DNA of 64,000 nt from Pirellulales bacterium (GCA_016776925.1 JADHSL010000010.1:264-64263), one strand, 5' to 3'. Positions 9,757 through 19,401 are shown, counted from the stretch's first letter. Numbers and translations: made by a program. Notes: generated from the sequence alone by a model not told the origin.

Positions 9757-10755
9757 TTACTGAGCGACCGATTTGCTTCCTTCGGCTGACCCACCAATCG
9801 GGGCACCCTCTGGAAGCGGACGACATGCAGCAGAAACGCCGAGACGATACAACTCCTCGCGTACGGCCCGATACTCTTCAAAGCTATCCGGATAGCACCA
9901 CAGTGTCACTGTTGTTGCTGGAGTGACGCCGGCAAGAATACTCCGAAAACGCGACTGACGTGCGAGTGCATCATCTAATGTTTCACCGATGTCATACCGA
10001 GCTGGCTTCACAACCCACTCACGACTGCGAACATAGACCTGACCGGCACTTCGGTTAATCTGCACCTCGATTACATAATCAAGTGCGTAGTCTAGGATTG
10101 GTCCAACTGTTTCAATTCGTGATTCCATTGATGCCAGGGACCCCCCGCTTTTCCTCTGTGTTCGTGCTTTCGCCCGATCAAATAACTCGGTCAGCGGAAT
10201 ATACGAGATACGGCCGGCCGCTAGGCGGAAGTGCAATTCATCGCCTGTTACTGTCCGACCTACCGGTGTCGGATAAGCAAGGAGTTCCTTGGTTGCTTGT
10301 GGAGCATGGGCAATCCCTTCCGCTTCGAGATTACACTGTTCTATTTCGTCTTTGATCTGCTGCCGCTGAGTGGCCATCTCAACTCGTTTGGCCTTATCTT
10401 TGTCAACCTTCTGTTTCTGATCTTCAACTTCCCATCTCGCTGCAGAAACCGCAGTTGCAAGGTGAATTCTCGCATTTCCTGCGTCTGCGACAGTGCCGGA
10501 AAGTTGTCCGCCTTGCTCATCAAGCTCAAATAATTCACTTTCGGACGCGACGATGGCATCCTCCAGTCGTACAACTTCCATCATCAACTTCTCGAGATTA
10601 GGACTACTGACCTCTTTTGGCTTGATCGAGATGCTCTGAACACGAGCACCTATAACCATCACGAGGATGATGAGGATACCGACAATATTCGTCACGATGT
10701 CAAGGAAAGAATCCTGACTCCCTGCATCTGTACGGCTTACACGTTGTCTCATCAT
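9757..10755 (-). CDS. ExbD/TolR-like membrane-anchored protein with coiled-coil stalk (third gene of trio)
   Basis: The N-terminal anchor SFLDIVTNIVGILIILVMV resembles ExbD PFIDVMLVLLIIFMV and keeps the Asp. A ~100-aa coiled-coil-like region follows. The C-terminal module is ELHFRLAAGRISYIPL...TVTLWCYPDSFEEYRAVREELYRLGV. The ATG overlaps the upstream stop (ATGA at 10752-10755). Confidence 0.5.
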   Translation of the reverse strand: MMRQRVSRTDAGSQDSFLDIVTNIVGILIILVMVIGARVQSISIKPKEVSSPNLEKLMMEVVRLEDAIVASESELFELDEQGGQLSGTVADAGNARIHLATAVSAARWEVEDQKQKVDKDKAKRVEMATQRQQIKDEIEQCNLEAEGIAHAPQATKELLAYPTPVGRTVTGDELHFRLAAGRISYIPLTELFDRAKARTQRKSGGSLASMESRIETVGPILDYALDYVIEVQINRSAGQVYVRSREWVVKPARYDIGETLDDALARQSRFRSILAGVTPATTVTLWCYPDSFEEYRAVREELYRLGVSAACRPLPEGAPIGGSAEGSKSVAQ

Positions 10756-12881
10756 AGACCCACCTCCGGGCTCGTGGCTGCTGTTTCAAGCTGTGCTGTT
10801 CGGCGGAGACGCCTCTTCTTTGGCTGCGCGGGAGGCAACCGTCTGACTGAATCGGAATCCTGCTTTTGCCTCGTTTCAATACCGCTGTTTGCGAGAAGAG
10901 TCTGCACATCTTCACGCCGCCCACCACCGTCCTCGGTTTCGGTAAGCACTAACTCAGGCTTCCAGTAAAGGCGGTCTCCTGCGAGCCCCCAACTGTCAAC
11001 CCGCCGACGAATCGCACCAACAAGAGAATCGATGGATTGATCTGTTGGGCCCATGATCGGAATTCGATAGACAACACGTCTGCCGCTATCATCAAAAAGA
11101 CGTAACTCATCAGCGGCACACTCAATTTGAATTGGTCGGGTGAGGGGAATATACCGCTGCGATGTCGCAAAACTGGCCCAGTCACTTCCCCGAGCCCCAG
11201 CAAGTGACCCACCGGCACTGGCCTGCTGCCCAGACGTCCCGTTTGCCATCTCAGATGACGCCGCATCTGCTCCAACCTGAATTCCAATTGGCATTGGCAT
11301 ACCGCCAGCAGCCGTACTCGGAGTACCGCCACCGCTGCTGCCAGTACCCCCTGCGGCAAGGTCCTGGCTATGCGAAGAGGATGACGAGGACATGCCAGAA
11401 GCGGCTCCACCTTCACTGGAACCTGAACCCTGCTGATTCGCTGCGGTACCTCGTTGTGTCCCGCTAAGAGAACCACTCTCTGCCCCCTTCGACTGGCTAC
11501 CCATGGGACCCTCCGATGTACCATGTCCATCGGAAAACACTGCATCTGATGATGCCAGTTCACTGCCCGAACCGTTTCCGAAGTGCGATTGGCTGTCCCG
11601 AGAACCACCATCTGCACCGACCTGCTGCGACACACGTGAGTCACCAGTGAGACTACCCGCCTCTGTGGCCGCGCCCCGACCGTATCCAATCCCGGTAGTA
11701 CTGCGACCGCTTCCGAGTTGACTGCCACCAGCAGACTCTCCAGCGTTCAATGGACGCCCAACGGGACCAACCGATGAAGCGAGTTGCCCCGCAGTTCCAT
11801 TACCTCTCTGCCCCTGAAGATCGTTCCCTCCACGCGACACTCCATTTTGTGCCTGTTGCTTGGACCAATCCCATTGAGACTGGTCCCCCAAAACAGATGG
11901 CCCACCAACAGCAACAGCACCGCCACGAACCGAAGATGCTCGGTATTGTTTTTTTACGGGCTTATTCCGCCGAACCGCAGATCGAGTCTGTGCCAACCAC
12001 TGCAGCCGCTCACGGGCCTCATTAATTGCCTGCAATTCTATATCTCGTAAAGCTAGGTCCTTTTCAGGAAAGGCAAGTCGCCACTCTTCCTCAATCAGCT
12101 GATACCCAAAGTCACTGCCCCAGGACGCAATGGCGTCTCGTGCTGCATAGTAGGCCATCACACCGGATGGCCGCACAAGCAACAGGGGATACGGTCGCAG
12201 ACCGGGATCATCTGCCGACACCGACTGTCGAGCGAGATACTCTCGTGCCGCACGCAGTCCACTCGCTAACGGATTGCCTGGGCCTGGTGGACCTTCAAAG
12301 TCCTCTGGATTGAGCCGAATACCTTCGGGCTGCAAGAACACTCCGTCCAAACAGCATTCAATAAAAAGGGGACGACGATGTGTTCCAGATGATCCTTCGT
12401 AAGGGATAACTGCATAGGCCGGAGGATGCGAATCTTTCTCCTTCCTCGCTTCATCGAGACTTTCACGGGCTGAAGCCAACTCTCCCTCGAGTTTACGTAA
12501 TTCATCAGATGTTACCGCTGCAACGGCTTCCGTATCAAGAAGATTTTCTCGTACTTTCTGCAAATTCTTAAGCTCTGCTGATAAACTTCTCGAGTTCTCC
12601 TCGATGCCAGCTAACTGCAGCCTCAACGTCTCAAGTTCGTCATTCGTCTTTGACCGCATGTCTTTCAATTGCTCTAGCCGCCAAGAAAGATTTTCCACTC
12701 TTTCTTGTAACTCTGCTTCCATTTGCATCGCCTGCTCGACAGCTTTGCTCTCATCCTGCTGACCAATCGAGTGGCCAAACAGAACCAATAAAACGAGTAG
12801 CGCACCCATCGTGCACAACAAAACTGCAAGAAAAGGGAAAAGTGAAATAGCTATCCCTTCTCGTGTACGCGATCTTCTCAT
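10752..12881 (-). CDS. Degenerate ExbD/TolR-like membrane protein with coiled coil, duplicated periplasmic module and long Gly/Ser-rich linker (second gene of trio)
   Basis: The anchor FPFLAVLLCTMGALLVLLVLF has Asp replaced by Ala. Heptad-like region at aa ~45-150. Modules PLFIECCLDGVFLQPEGIRL and PIQIECAADELRLFDDSG are separated by a ~255-aa G/S/Q/A-rich stretch. ATGA overlaps occur at both ends. Confidence 0.5.
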   Translation of the reverse strand: MRRSRTREGIAISLFPFLAVLLCTMGALLVLLVLFGHSIGQQDESKAVEQAMQMEAELQERVENLSWRLEQLKDMRSKTNDELETLRLQLAGIEENSRSLSAELKNLQKVRENLLDTEAVAAVTSDELRKLEGELASARESLDEARKEKDSHPPAYAVIPYEGSSGTHRRPLFIECCLDGVFLQPEGIRLNPEDFEGPPGPGNPLASGLRAAREYLARQSVSADDPGLRPYPLLLVRPSGVMAYYAARDAIASWGSDFGYQLIEEEWRLAFPEKDLALRDIELQAINEARERLQWLAQTRSAVRRNKPVKKQYRASSVRGGAVAVGGPSVLGDQSQWDWSKQQAQNGVSRGGNDLQGQRGNGTAGQLASSVGPVGRPLNAGESAGGSQLGSGRSTTGIGYGRGAATEAGSLTGDSRVSQQVGADGGSRDSQSHFGNGSGSELASSDAVFSDGHGTSEGPMGSQSKGAESGSLSGTQRGTAANQQGSGSSEGGAASGMSSSSSSHSQDLAAGGTGSSGGGTPSTAAGGMPMPIGIQVGADAASSEMANGTSGQQASAGGSLAGARGSDWASFATSQRYIPLTRPIQIECAADELRLFDDSGRRVVYRIPIMGPTDQSIDSLVGAIRRRVDSWGLAGDRLYWKPELVLTETEDGGGRREDVQTLLANSGIETRQKQDSDSVRRLPPAQPKKRRLRRTAQLETAATSPEVGL

Positions 12882-14179
12882 GCAACTTTCTCAACGGGGG
12901 AACTGTTCTCAGCCAGAACGCTCGGCTTACCACCAGAAACCCCCGGGCTACGTGCTGCCAACAATTGCGTCGCCGCCGAGAGTGAAATGATTGCCTCTTC
13001 AAATCGGCCGCTTGCTGTCACTGCATTCAGATTGCTCTCGAGTTTCTGCTCCATCGCTACGATCTCATGCAACATTGAGATAACCTTCTCGAGCGCTACT
13101 GCCTGATCTGCGACAGCTGCCTGCTGCTTATCGAATGCAACAGCGGCATCAGCCATCGTTTGTCCTGCACGCTCCCATCGACCGTCTCGCTCGTTGGCTA
13201 ACTCACGGTGTGCTTCGACTAGCGATTCTCTCCAGGCATCCAGAGTATCCCCAAGGGAGTCCGACAGCGTGTCTCGAAGCCGGTCACCAAGACCACCAAA
13301 TACATTCTCGAGACTCTTTAAGGCAACGTTCTGAAGTTCGTGCCATGACTGCGTCTGCGCCTCAATGAGCTGGGCGGAACTTCTTCCCACGGCGTCCCCG
13401 AGCCTTGCAACAGCAAGCGCTGACCCATCTGCAATTCCGTCGGTCTGAAAACGACCCGCGAGTGAATCCCACGCCTGCTCGTCAACCTGATCGAGAAATG
13501 ATTGTTCCATTCGCTCAACAACGAACTGTGAGAACATTAAGACCATCGACAACGCTAAGGCCGTCGCGGTTGTATCAAATGCAGTACCCAAACCTGCGAC
13601 AACACCTGAAATGTTTTCAAGTTCCGTCGGCGACAGAGTAGCAATTGCCACGGTGATTCCAATTACCGTTCCAAGAAAGCCCATGATCGGTATCGCCCAG
13701 ACGATAAATCGAACAAGACCATAACTGGCATGGGCTCGAGCCCCATCCACGTCGGCAAGATATTTGAGATGATCTTCAAGATCATCGGCCTTTCCCGTCC
13801 GTGTAACAAAGTCGAGACCATCACGGAGCCTTTTTGGAAGGTAGCCTTGTTCATCACTCACACTTTCAAGGAGATGCCGCTGCAGACCCTGTGCCTCAGA
13901 GGGATGCTGGCCGCCTGACAGAGCCACGGGTAGTGAACAGTCTGCCAGACTTTTCTTCTGGCGAAGCGTACTCAACAGTTTCATAGCCAGACTGCTTAGG
14001 CCTACGCAGAACAGGCCAACTTCGATGTACTCAACCCAGTGCCCGGCGAGATATCGAACAACATATTCATCACGAATAACTCCCCGCTGAATGAGCGAAA
14101 AAAAGCAAAAGGCCAAACCAGTGCCCCACAACAGGGGCGATCGAAGTAAAAGTTTCGACATCTTAGTCAGGATCGACAC
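12878..14179 (-). CDS. MotA/TolQ/ExbB-family proton-channel protein with ~190-aa C-terminal helical tail (first gene of trio)
   Basis: Channel core IVWAIPIMGFLGTVIGITVAI and GLGTAFDTTATALALSMVLMF. The tail is Ala/Glu/Gln-rich (AVAFDKQQAAVADQAVALEKVISMLHEIVAMEQKLESNL). The track start at 14179 is GTG. An alternative ATG lies at 14161. Confidence 0.85.
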   Translation of the reverse strand: MSILTKMSKLLLRSPLLWGTGLAFCFFSLIQRGVIRDEYVVRYLAGHWVEYIEVGLFCVGLSSLAMKLLSTLRQKKSLADCSLPVALSGGQHPSEAQGLQRHLLESVSDEQGYLPKRLRDGLDFVTRTGKADDLEDHLKYLADVDGARAHASYGLVRFIVWAIPIMGFLGTVIGITVAIATLSPTELENISGVVAGLGTAFDTTATALALSMVLMFSQFVVERMEQSFLDQVDEQAWDSLAGRFQTDGIADGSALAVARLGDAVGRSSAQLIEAQTQSWHELQNVALKSLENVFGGLGDRLRDTLSDSLGDTLDAWRESLVEAHRELANERDGRWERAGQTMADAAVAFDKQQAAVADQAVALEKVISMLHEIVAMEQKLESNLNAVTASGRFEEAIISLSAATQLLAARSPGVSGGKPSVLAENSSPVEKVA

Positions 14180-14556
14180 TGGGCACCTCCGTGAACGGAC
14201 TTGTTCGATTTTTTCTCTCTCGCACGAAACGCAGAATTACTCACTTCATCGGAACTTATTGCCCATATGTTTAAACCCAAATAGTCAGCGCAATCAGTTT
14301 TTTTGCCCCGGCCCACAGCGAGCGGGCAGATAAGCGAAGCTAGGTGAGACAGGAAAGCCTGCGGCGGGTTTCAACGATGGAAGAACTCACAAAGCTGGAT
14401 TTCGATCTGTTTTGCGAGGAGTCTACCCTGCAATACTCCGTTGATCGGAAAAGGACACAGCCAGCCTCAGAGACTTCTTGCTGACTGGAAAAGACTTTCT
14501 CAAACTCGGGCCCAAAGACAGACCGAGACATCCAGACACACCCGGGACCGTAAACT

Positions 14557-14934
14557 ATGAATACGCGAAAACACTATATTCAAATCTTTATTGGAATGGC
14601 ATTGGCTGCATCGTGCATTTTCACATCCGCCGCTCTGGCCGAGGAAATGCACGGCCTGTTTGTTTCGACATCACCGATTGATGCCGGTCGACAGATGCTT
14701 CTGGTAATAGACCCAGAAAGACAAGTACTCGCCGTCTATCATATTGAAAACGTCAGTGGCGAAGTTTCACTTCGGAGCACTCGTGCACTTGGATATGATC
14801 TCCAACTCGAAGACTTCAATGCAGAAGACCCGAAACCGGCTGCCATCAAAAAAATGCTGCGTATTGACTCCACCCCTAAGCCCCCAACTAACACAATCCA
14901 AATAATCCCTCCTTCGTCTGAAAAAACGAAGTGA
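14557..14934 (+). CDS. Small secreted hypothetical protein
   Basis: Signal peptide MNTRKHYIQIFIGMALAASCIFTSAALAEE. No recognisable domain. Confidence 0.45.
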   Translation: MNTRKHYIQIFIGMALAASCIFTSAALAEEMHGLFVSTSPIDAGRQMLLVIDPERQVLAVYHIENVSGEVSLRSTRALGYDLQLEDFNAEDPKPAAIKKMLRIDSTPKPPTNTIQIIPPSSEKTK

Positions 14935-15096
14935 CGTTGACTAAATACCTAGTCTTCTCCAATCCACATCTGTTTCCAAGAGACTTGCGGCACCATTCAA
15001 CCGGTGATTGGAAAAGCAATTACAGACCCATGCCGATTGCGACGAATATGCCGACTGGATCGGGCCAAGCCGGCTGCGTAGACTTTTACATAGCTG

Positions 15097-16596
15097 ATGG
15101 CCGAGTTCGGGGATAGGTCTGGGTTTTTAGAGCACGTAAGGCAGGCTAATTTTATGGCTGGTGGGTTTTTAAACATTTCTGAAGCGGCCGTGCATCTCAA
15201 TATTTCAGAGGATGCAGTCAAACAACTTGTTGATCAACGGAAACTTTTCGCACTCAGGGACACGTCTGGGTACAAATTCAAGCATGAAGAGCTCGACCGG
15301 TATCTTGAGGATCAGAAAGACATTAGTGAGATAGATGCGACGGATCCGAAAGCCTCTGATGAGAGCAGTCTCTCACTTGATGGATTAGAACTCGACCTCT
15401 CTGATGAAGTGACTGCTTCTGAGGAGAAGGATACTCAGCAAAAAAGTACCGATTCACCAGCAAACGTAGATGAAGAAAAGCCCGACTCCGGAATTGGTAT
15501 CGGAGAACTTGAACTCGAGTCTGGCCTGTCGCTCGCAGACAGTGGAAATAGTGCTGGTGGAGCGGCAATTGAAGCAACGGGTATTCTGCCGACTCAAGAG
15601 GCAGAAGCATCATTACTGATCGGCGGTGACCTTGATGGCTCAGACCTTGATGTTCCAGCCACGCTGCTCGGAGGCAGTGCGGAATTATCTCGGGCTGAAG
15701 AGGAGAATGACTCGCCGCATGAAGAGGGAATTGCAAACGCTCAGAGCATTGTACTCGGTGACGAAATTGAACTCAGTGGGATCGACGTTGATCTAAGCGA
15801 TGTGGGAAGCGCAGCTTCCGGCACAGCGGAGGAACCAGCGCAAAGCCTTCTACTCGGTGATTCCCTTGCTGGTGATATTGAAAGCATTGTTGCGAGTGAT
15901 ATTTTCGTTGATGAAGGTTTGGCATCAGTCGTATTAGAAACTGATGGATCCGGAAGCCTTCTCGTTCAGGGTAGTGGATTAAAGGAAAACAATGAAATAA
16001 GCGGTATCGAATCAAGTGGCATTATTGATTCCGACCCTACCATCGAGGGCTCTGACGTGGGCAGCGCTATCTCTGGTGAAAGTGGCGTTATCATGGAAGG
16101 TGGCCTTTCACTTGAGGGAGATGAGGTAAAAGCTTGGGACGTCGATTTAGGAGAATTCCTCAATGATATTGAAGAAGATCCGGATGCAGCAACCATGCTG
16201 GGAACAGCCAATGATTTTGATCTCGATGCAGAAGGCTCTTCAACGGATGACCCAAGCCAGTCCGCAGACCTTGCTTCGTCCCAGGCTGGTGACTCGATGT
16301 TTGATAAATCAGCCGGGCCTGGTGACTCAAGCTTTTTTGGTGAGGAAGTAGGAAAAGAAGCAAACGCACTCACAGCCGGGTCGGACATGCTCTCAAGCTC
16401 CCAACTCATTGGCATACTCGACGACACACAGTTCAACAGCTTGCAGGTCACCGGATTAATCTGCTGTGCGTTGCTGTTACTTCTTGGTGGACTCCTGACT
16501 TTTGATCTCGTCAGAACCATTGGAAGCTCGGCTGACACGTCCCTGTCAAATCCTCTTGTCGGCAGCCTTTCGCAGCTCTTCGGGTGGCGGCAGTAA
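15097..16596 (+). CDS. Excisionase/MerR-type HTH protein with long acidic low-complexity region and C-terminal TM anchor
   Basis: HTH-like LNISEAAVHLNISEDAVKQLVDQRKLFALRDTSGYKFKHEELDRYL. About 350 aa rich in D/E/S/G/L follow. The C-terminal hydrophobic helix is VTGLICCALLLLLGGLLTFDLV. An alternative ATG lies at 15154. Confidence 0.65.
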   Translation: MAEFGDRSGFLEHVRQANFMAGGFLNISEAAVHLNISEDAVKQLVDQRKLFALRDTSGYKFKHEELDRYLEDQKDISEIDATDPKASDESSLSLDGLELDLSDEVTASEEKDTQQKSTDSPANVDEEKPDSGIGIGELELESGLSLADSGNSAGGAAIEATGILPTQEAEASLLIGGDLDGSDLDVPATLLGGSAELSRAEEENDSPHEEGIANAQSIVLGDEIELSGIDVDLSDVGSAASGTAEEPAQSLLLGDSLAGDIESIVASDIFVDEGLASVVLETDGSGSLLVQGSGLKENNEISGIESSGIIDSDPTIEGSDVGSAISGESGVIMEGGLSLEGDEVKAWDVDLGEFLNDIEEDPDAATMLGTANDFDLDAEGSSTDDPSQSADLASSQAGDSMFDKSAGPGDSSFFGEEVGKEANALTAGSDMLSSSQLIGILDDTQFNSLQVTGLICCALLLLLGGLLTFDLVRTIGSSADTSLSNPLVGSLSQLFGWRQ

Positions 16597-16621
16597 GCAA
16601 CACGGTACTCTCTTCTCGGGC

Positions 16622-19330
16622 TTACAAAACGCGTCGCCACCCTGCCGGCGTAAACTGCCGAACGGACATCGTATCGTCAGACATCGTAATGGACACTGCA
16701 CCCCTATCTGGTGATTGTTCGCCGTCCGTTCTCAATACTGCCCGTAAGCCGGTCCAACCTTGGTGAAATTTTTGACAGACAAGAGGCCAGTCACGGCCAC
16801 CAGACCCGCTTACAACAACTATGCCCGGCCGTACCTCCGATGTGATCTCTCGTGGGAGTCCTGTTTTGCTTCCATGATGAGGTGCAATAAGTATGTCGGC
16901 CTGAGGCAGACCAGAACGTAAGAGTGCTCGCAGAGCATCGCCCTCGATGTCTCCAGTCAATAACATCCGTTTTGATTCAACCGCGACGTCAAGCACAATA
17001 CTATTCTCATTATCGCTTCGCACGCCCATATTGGGCGTGCGCTGGGGATGTAAAACCCGCGCGACGCAGGACTTCCCAATAGAGATGACATCCCCTCTCA
17101 GAACAGTCCGAACTGGCACTCCATGCTTGACGAGTAGCGTCTGGAGTTCAGTTACAGAACGAGATGAACTCGCAAGGAATTGTGGTGAAACAATCACCTG
17201 ATCGACGCAGAATTCATCAAGCAGACCAGGCACGGCATTAAAATGATCCGTGTCAGCGTGCGAGAGGACAAGATAGTCAATCGTATGAATGCGCTGGCTG
17301 AGTAATGTTGCTCTAAGTGAACGCAGAGCTGTACCCGACGCACCAAGACGTCCCGCGTCATAAACAAGACAATGTCCTTCTCGAGACTTCAGTACAATTC
17401 CACAGCCATGGCCCATTGCTGCAATAGTTACTCGACTCTCTTTCAGGGTCTGCGGCATCAATTGCAGCCCTACCCCCAACACGCCGAATCCAAACAGAAA
17501 AACTCCAAATGCACACATCTTCTGTCGAAAAGACGACCAGTCTCTATCTCCATACACGCCTCTAAAACATCGTCCATGTGATTCCTTCATCATTTTTGAG
17601 TGGTCGCACAAATGCAATAAAAGTAGCGATAGAGTGAGGTACCAGATCACAATCCACCACGTCGGCAACGCATGAACCCGTAACGTACTTGCAGGAATGC
17701 TCGCTACCGCAGCGACTAACCACGTGAGAGTATCGAACAAGAACCCCGCAACCACGCCCAATGGTTCACACAACTCAACGGGCAACCCAATCGTTATAAG
17801 ACAGGCAAAACCAGCAGCCATAACAAAAGGAAGAAGGGGGGCAATGAGAAGATTTGTACCGACAGCAACTGGGACGAATCGATGGAACTCAGAAGCTACC
17901 AGAGGAACGGAAGCAATCCATACCGAAGCACTTAAGAGAATGCCCCAACAAAGACTGCGAGAGAGTCGACTCGCTGCATTTGTAAGAACCCCTCTATTCT
18001 TTTCAATCAATCGTTCAATTGGCTCACGCGTCGGTTGATCTCGAAACCATGCCCCGAGCGATATCAGTACTGCTGTCGCAAGGAAAGAAAGTTGTGTCCC
18101 GATCGACACAACCGAAACGGGATTCCACACAAGCAAGAGAGCACCAACCACTGCAAGTGCATGGATACCAGCGACCCGTCTCTTCATCCACACCCCAGTG
18201 CATGCGACCCACAGAAGTAATGTTGCACGCAACACAGGAAGCGCAGCACCGGTAAGCCCGGCATAGATCGTAATAACACATGAAACAATGAGCCAGTTCG
18301 TGCGGAAAGGACAGCCGAAGAAGCGGAAAACATAGAAAACTACAGTCGCTACAAGTCCTACATGGAGTCCCGAAATTGCAAGGATATGAATACTTCCTGT
18401 ATCCGTAAACGCACGAATAATCTCTTCGGGAAGGGCACGTCGTAGACCAAGAAGCAACGAGTCGGCAAGTGGTTGACTCTGGATAGGCACGATTGCATGA
18501 AGTCGGTTACGACAACGCTGCCGCAGCCAATCGATGCAACCCGCTGCAGACACCGTGATCCCATTGGGGCATACAACAATCGACGACCACCCACGTACTC
18601 GGATGATCGTCAACACTCGGTTTAATTGCGAATGCTGACGAAAGTCGAACTCACCCGGATTATTGGGTGCTGATGGCCTCACCGCTCGTCCATGGACCTG
18701 CACATGGGTTCCGACTGATAGTGGCTGGGTTTCACCGTCAACGAAAACACGTGCTTGCCCCGAAACCGGCACCCAATGATGCAAATCTCTCGCCGCAGTT
18801 AAATTAAGAACCCAGACTGACGTCTCTCGGAAACTGCCGGCACCAAGAAATCCTTGTGCACTTCTCATTTTCTCCGGAGTTGCGACCACAGTCCCTTGAA
18901 CCACAACTGGCTGCGAAGACTCTGCCAGACTCCAGGCAAAGTCATTTCGTGGAAACAACCTTGCGCAACACCAAGCCCAGCCACACATTGCGAAGCTATT
19001 ACCAATTAGGAGAAGCCACCACGCGACACGACGCGCTGTCACCCCCTGCTTTTTCACACGCTGCACCTGTGACGACAGAAAAACGCACACTCCAGATAGA
19101 ACAAAGAGCACGGCAACCCACACCCCATCAAACCATGGGCACCTACTTGCGAGTGTTCCGCACGCAGCACCGAGAGCCAGAAAACCAACCACTGACACCA
19201 TCAATGGAACTGTTGGAACAAGTCCTCTGAGAAAAAACGTGGTCTTTTTGAAGCGGAAACTCTCATCTGTCCGAGTAAACACAAACACACACTGTACCGT
19301 TGTAAGAGCAGAATCGTGTTGTTCATACAC
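16622..19330 (-). CDS. comEC: DNA internalisation competence protein ComEC/Rec2 with C-terminal metallo-beta-lactamase domain
   Basis: Polytopic membrane core with HILAISGLHVG. C-terminal MBL motif DYLVLSHADTDHFNAV...APHHGS. Confidence 0.88.
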   Translation of the reverse strand: MYEQHDSALTTVQCVFVFTRTDESFRFKKTTFFLRGLVPTVPLMVSVVGFLALGAACGTLASRCPWFDGVWVAVLFVLSGVCVFLSSQVQRVKKQGVTARRVAWWLLLIGNSFAMCGWAWCCARLFPRNDFAWSLAESSQPVVVQGTVVATPEKMRSAQGFLGAGSFRETSVWVLNLTAARDLHHWVPVSGQARVFVDGETQPLSVGTHVQVHGRAVRPSAPNNPGEFDFRQHSQLNRVLTIIRVRGWSSIVVCPNGITVSAAGCIDWLRQRCRNRLHAIVPIQSQPLADSLLLGLRRALPEEIIRAFTDTGSIHILAISGLHVGLVATVVFYVFRFFGCPFRTNWLIVSCVITIYAGLTGAALPVLRATLLLWVACTGVWMKRRVAGIHALAVVGALLLVWNPVSVVSIGTQLSFLATAVLISLGAWFRDQPTREPIERLIEKNRGVLTNAASRLSRSLCWGILLSASVWIASVPLVASEFHRFVPVAVGTNLLIAPLLPFVMAAGFACLITIGLPVELCEPLGVVAGFLFDTLTWLVAAVASIPASTLRVHALPTWWIVIWYLTLSLLLLHLCDHSKMMKESHGRCFRGVYGDRDWSSFRQKMCAFGVFLFGFGVLGVGLQLMPQTLKESRVTIAAMGHGCGIVLKSREGHCLVYDAGRLGASGTALRSLRATLLSQRIHTIDYLVLSHADTDHFNAVPGLLDEFCVDQVIVSPQFLASSSRSVTELQTLLVKHGVPVRTVLRGDVISIGKSCVARVLHPQRTPNMGVRSDNENSIVLDVAVESKRMLLTGDIEGDALRALLRSGLPQADILIAPHHGSKTGLPREITSEVRPGIVVVSGSGGRDWPLVCQKFHQGWTGLRAVLRTDGEQSPDRGAVSITMSDDTMSVRQFTPAGWRRVL

Positions 19331-19401
19331 ACGCCCAAGAAGATGCTCCTGCCGGCGCTTACAAAAGAAAGCGAGAATGGGCTCTGCGAGGGGCAGAACG
19401 C

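Noticed and set aside
10949-11728. 259-aa alternative-frame ORF, plus the plus-strand ORFs at 11162-11721
   Set aside because: They fall in the Gly/Ser-rich low-complexity part of the 709-aa gene. Biased composition keeps several frames open, and only the long frame has a TM anchor, coiled coil and coupled start and stop.
15966-16640. 224-aa minus-strand ORF
   Set aside because: It is antisense to the acidic region of the HTH protein and is a Ser/Pro-rich mirror of the D/E/G/S codons. It has no independent start context.
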